Shown here piece after piece: positions 61,345-64,000 of a stretch of 64,000 bases of DNA. Location of the stretch: contig JBEKTQ010000008.1 of assembly GCA_049515895.1 (NCBI GenBank), positions 32,001 through 96,000 on the forward strand, read 5' to 3'. The notes beneath the pieces are model-generated. The model worked only from the letters and a program-made list of their open reading frames with translations, was not told the origin of the DNA and ran no database searches. The first letter of the stretch is position 1, and every line of letters starts with the position of its first letter. Origin of the DNA: Candidatus Bathyarchaeia archaeon. GTDB lineage: Archaea; Thermoproteota; Bathyarchaeia; Bathyarchaeales; Bathycorpusculaceae. Both the position numbers and the translations under genes were made by a program.

Positions 61345-61929
61345 CAAGACAAAACACAATTGCCACTCCTTTTACCGAGCAAGCATACCAATATCCAAAC
61401 AATCCCTCACCCATCAAGCCATCGATGGCGTGGTAAAAGTAAAGTGCGAACAGGCGGAATGTGCGATGCGTCTTTAGGGCTTTAAGGTGCGTACTTACTT
61501 TAAACATATTAGACTTCAAATAAGCTTAATCTGGGCGGCCAGGCTCCCACATCTGGTCCAGAATTCCCTTTGCCAGAAAATCGGTCGAATATTTAAGCAG
61601 CTCAACTGGGTTAAGGTCTAAAGTTGGAGTCGACCATCGCTTGGTCTGCAACGTTTGCACCCTAGTGCTGAACGCGTCATACCATCGATGGTTTGGCATA
61701 AAGCAACAGTAGCGTCTTTTGCAAAATATGCCTTTAAGTGATGGGTAATCATGCGCTTTGAGGCTTGGCCTGGTACTGCTTCTACGATATCATCGATGAT
61801 ATGGCACAAAGTAGTGTAAGTAATTTTGTGCTTTCGAATGTTGGTGCAATGGAACGCTATCCTCTATGGCGTACTATAAGCCAACAAGCGGGAGAATTGG
61901 GGTCTGATTGTTCATCTGCATAACGACTG

Positions 61930-62643
61930 TTACTCAATTTCTGGGTGCTGTATCTGCATTTTTGCCTTTAGCCGCCTTGCGTCTTCTTGTTCAAGTATCC
62001 TTGTTAATTCTGATACTGTCCTTGGATGCTTATACAAGAAATCCCACATAGTCATGAATTCGCGCACTAAATTATTAATTTGATTCTGAAGAATATCCGG
62101 CAGTTCTTCATCTTTGACCAAACGAGCAAAAACCGTTGGATCTGTTAACGGCTGGAGACAAGCTTTCACTAGCGCATCATATTGTTTGTAAAAGGTCTTC
62201 ATTTCTTTCTTGCTAATCTTTCTGTTAAGGATGTTATTGATCGCTGTGACAAATGCTTCATCGTTGTCTTCATCGTTATAATGAGTCTTTGAATCAATTT
62301 CACGCCAAACTTGATTGTATATATGTTCCGTCATTTCCTTGGATTCAGCGATGGACTTGCCAAGAGCTTCTATTATGTAATTGCCGATAAGGCCAAATTG
62401 GCCCTTTGTCTTCTTATATTCTTCACTAAGCTTGTAAACCACTTGTCCGTGGCCTTTTTCAATTCTTTCAAGTTTGCCTTGTAGCCTCAAAATACTCAAT
62501 CGCCTCCAAGCTGTCCGTTTTTCATTTTCTTCAAACTTGTTGACGATAATGCTGGCTGCAAACTCCTCACTTTCATTTTCTCCAGTCCATAATTGGAGAA
62601 TTTCCTTGTCTAATTTGCTCCCGCGCAAACTTTTTGACCTCAA
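61930..62643 (-). CDS. Hypothetical protein with N-terminal winged HTH
   Basis: KRTAWRRL..L...GKLERI..G....YKL pattern; 237 aa. Confidence 0.6.
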   Translation of the reverse strand: MRSKSLRGSKLDKEILQLWTGENESEEFAASIIVNKFEENEKRTAWRRLSILRLQGKLERIEKGHGQVVYKLSEEYKKTKGQFGLIGNYIIEALGKSIAESKEMTEHIYNQVWREIDSKTHYNDEDNDEAFVTAINNILNRKISKKEMKTFYKQYDALVKACLQPLTDPTVFARLVKDEELPDILQNQINNLVREFMTMWDFLYKHPRTVSELTRILEQEDARRLKAKMQIQHPEIE

Positions 62644-62846
62644 TTTGGATGTACTGACATATACAAACTTATAAAAAAACTACATTGTCATCAGAAGGCT
62701 AATGGGTTGGCTTAGAAACAAGGAATTTTCTGAATTAACCATGTTTCCATAGCTTTCAAGTATCTTCAAGTGTCAAGTAAACAATTTGTAATATATACAA
62801 AATGTCAGAGAATGTTTGTATATTTAATGAATAAAATTAGTAATCA

Positions 62847-63323
62847 GTGACTAAAATGCAAAAAAGTAATGAAACAAACGAACAAGAAGTTCCCATTATC
62901 TTTGTGGTAGCCGAAGTGCCTGAAAAGAAAAAACCCGAGAGACGATTTGTTTGCTGTTTAGAAGGCAGGCCCTTTGAAAAAATGAGTATCGGAAACCTGC
63001 TTACATTACCGTTTATCTACATTAACAAAACAACGGATGAATGCTCAGCAGGGCATCGTTGCTTAAACCTGTCCTGTTATTATAACAAAACGACGTTTGA
63101 TAGCTATGCTGACTTCCATAATGAACCAGTAGCTTGCAGACCAAAACTTTTGAAAAAATGGCCTAAATTAACGCAAAACGGACAAGACCTTATTCAAGCG
63201 GCGGAAAAATGCAAAGAAGCGCACGCCAAAAACCCGAATATTCGCGTTTTTTGTGTTAGAAACGGTGTACTGCTAGAGACTAAAACGTCGGTAAAAAAAG
63301 CGACCAACCAAAAGAAGGCTTGA
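62847..63323 (+). CDS. Hypothetical Cys-rich protein
   Basis: CC..G, CSAGHRCLNLSC.YN; divergent from the wHTH gene. Confidence 0.6.
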   Translation: MTKMQKSNETNEQEVPIIFVVAEVPEKKKPERRFVCCLEGRPFEKMSIGNLLTLPFIYINKTTDECSAGHRCLNLSCYYNKTTFDSYADFHNEPVACRPKLLKKWPKLTQNGQDLIQAAEKCKEAHAKNPNIRVFCVRNGVLLETKTSVKKATNQKKA

Positions 63324-63325
63324 AT

Positions 63326-63755
63326 ATGGAAGAAGGTGTTCATAAACAGCTCCAGTGGGTTCATTATTGAAATGGCCAAAAATCTCCAATTGCGTGGCTA
63401 TAAAGAGGTAACAATTGATAATTACAGATTCGACGTTGTATGGCGAAAACGTGCAGATTCTTGTCCATTCGCAGTTTTTGAAATTAGCTCAGTTCGTGAC
63501 ATTTCCATAGCTGTTGCTCGATTAAGAGCTGCAAGAATTAAATTTGGAAATCCATTACTCTATCTGGTTATCGAAAAGGAAGACATTGAAAAAGCACAAC
63601 AAATAATCGCAAATTCTTTCGCCGAACTATTGAATCAACTTAAAGTTCTAACGACTAAAGACATTCTAACATATAGCAAGTTGCTATCGCAATACGATGA
63701 CATGATGGGCAGGATATTTCCTGAAAAACCAACTCTGTGGTTTAGAAGAAAATGA
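63326..63755 (+). pseudogene. PD-(D/E)xK restriction-endonuclease-like protein, apparently frameshifted near the 5' end
   Basis: E......RFDVVW...AVFE motif in the 63336 frame; ATG 63326 gives MEEGVHKQLQW in another frame, ending at TGA 63368. Confidence 0.5.
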
Positions 63756-63794
63756 CAACCTTAAGAAATAATGGTCCGGCTAGCTGACCGTAAA

Positions 63795-64000
63795 ATGTCT
63801 AGTTTCGCCCCCGCCCCCTTTTGCCCCGAATGCAGATCAACAAAGCTCTTTAGGGACGGTTTTCGTACTCTTAAAAATGCTATTAAAGTTCAGCGTTGGC
63901 TCTGCAGAGAATGTGGTTACAGATTTAGCAAGCCTTTACGCTTACGAAAAATTCAGCAACGGCGGTTAAATACGGCAGATGCTCTACAGTTTAGCAACCA
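63795..64000 (+). CDS. Zn-ribbon N-terminus of a probable integrase/recombinase (runs off window)
   Basis: MSSFAPAPFCPECRSTKLFRDGFR...VQRWLCRECGYRFS; frame open to the window end; catalytic domain not visible. Confidence 0.55.
   Translation, partial: MSSFAPAPFCPECRSTKLFRDGFRTLKNAIKVQRWLCRECGYRFSKPLRLRKIQQRRLNTADALQFSN

Larger units (their letters stand above)
45138..64000. mobile_element. Putative tRNA-anchored genomic island (metal/redox/CODH cargo)
   Basis: tRNA 3' fragment and Zn-ribbon remnant at the left end; second Zn-ribbon ORF, wHTH and nuclease genes at the right end; accessory cargo between. Confidence 0.45.

Noticed and set aside
61345-61929. Small ORFs (61259-61519, 61618-61809)
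   Set aside because: No recognisable motif or convincing start context; may be decayed island sequence
1-64000. CRISPR array or rRNA genes
   Set aside because: No regularly spaced identical repeats and no rRNA-like conserved stretches were seen

Overview
Archaeal chromosomal segment, most consistent with Bathyarchaeia or a related TACK lineage. This is inferred from the archaeal CODH alpha/epsilon genes, archaeal-type ValS, single-OB SSB, thiolase/DUF35/HMG-CoA synthase locus, TATA-type promoters and frequent TTG starts. 1-45 kb is mostly housekeeping: back-to-back hoxEFUY(H) (group 3d) and sulfhydrogenase (group 3b, fused beta-gamma) operons, glycosylation genes, a radical-SAM/DNA polymerase IV pair, a DtxR-Nramp pair with clear operators, uppP, pncB, a mevalonate-entry locus, uvrBAC, tRNA-Lys(CTT), trpEGDCBA, valS and tRNA-Cys(GCA). 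From about 45.1 kb to the end lies a probable tRNA-anchored island carrying metal/redox genes (arsC, copA, CDF-NifX, OsmC), a stand-alone CODH alpha-epsilon pair and integrative-element genes. Three observations stand out. (1) trpE has no canonical in-frame start for its conserved N-terminus; it is overlapped by a 15-codon leader containing ATT-TGG-C, suggesting a tryptophan-starvation-dependent +1 frameshift analogous to prfB. (2) A composite operator (GTTTA-N5-YAAAC on both sides of TATTAATA, 31-bp spacing) occurs three times, defining a candidate regulon of a Cys-rich Lrp/AsnC regulator that includes CODH. (3) A thiolase homologue lacking all recognisable catalytic residues is coupled to a DUF35-HMG-CoA synthase fusion. 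All family assignments come from motif recognition by eye, not from database searches.
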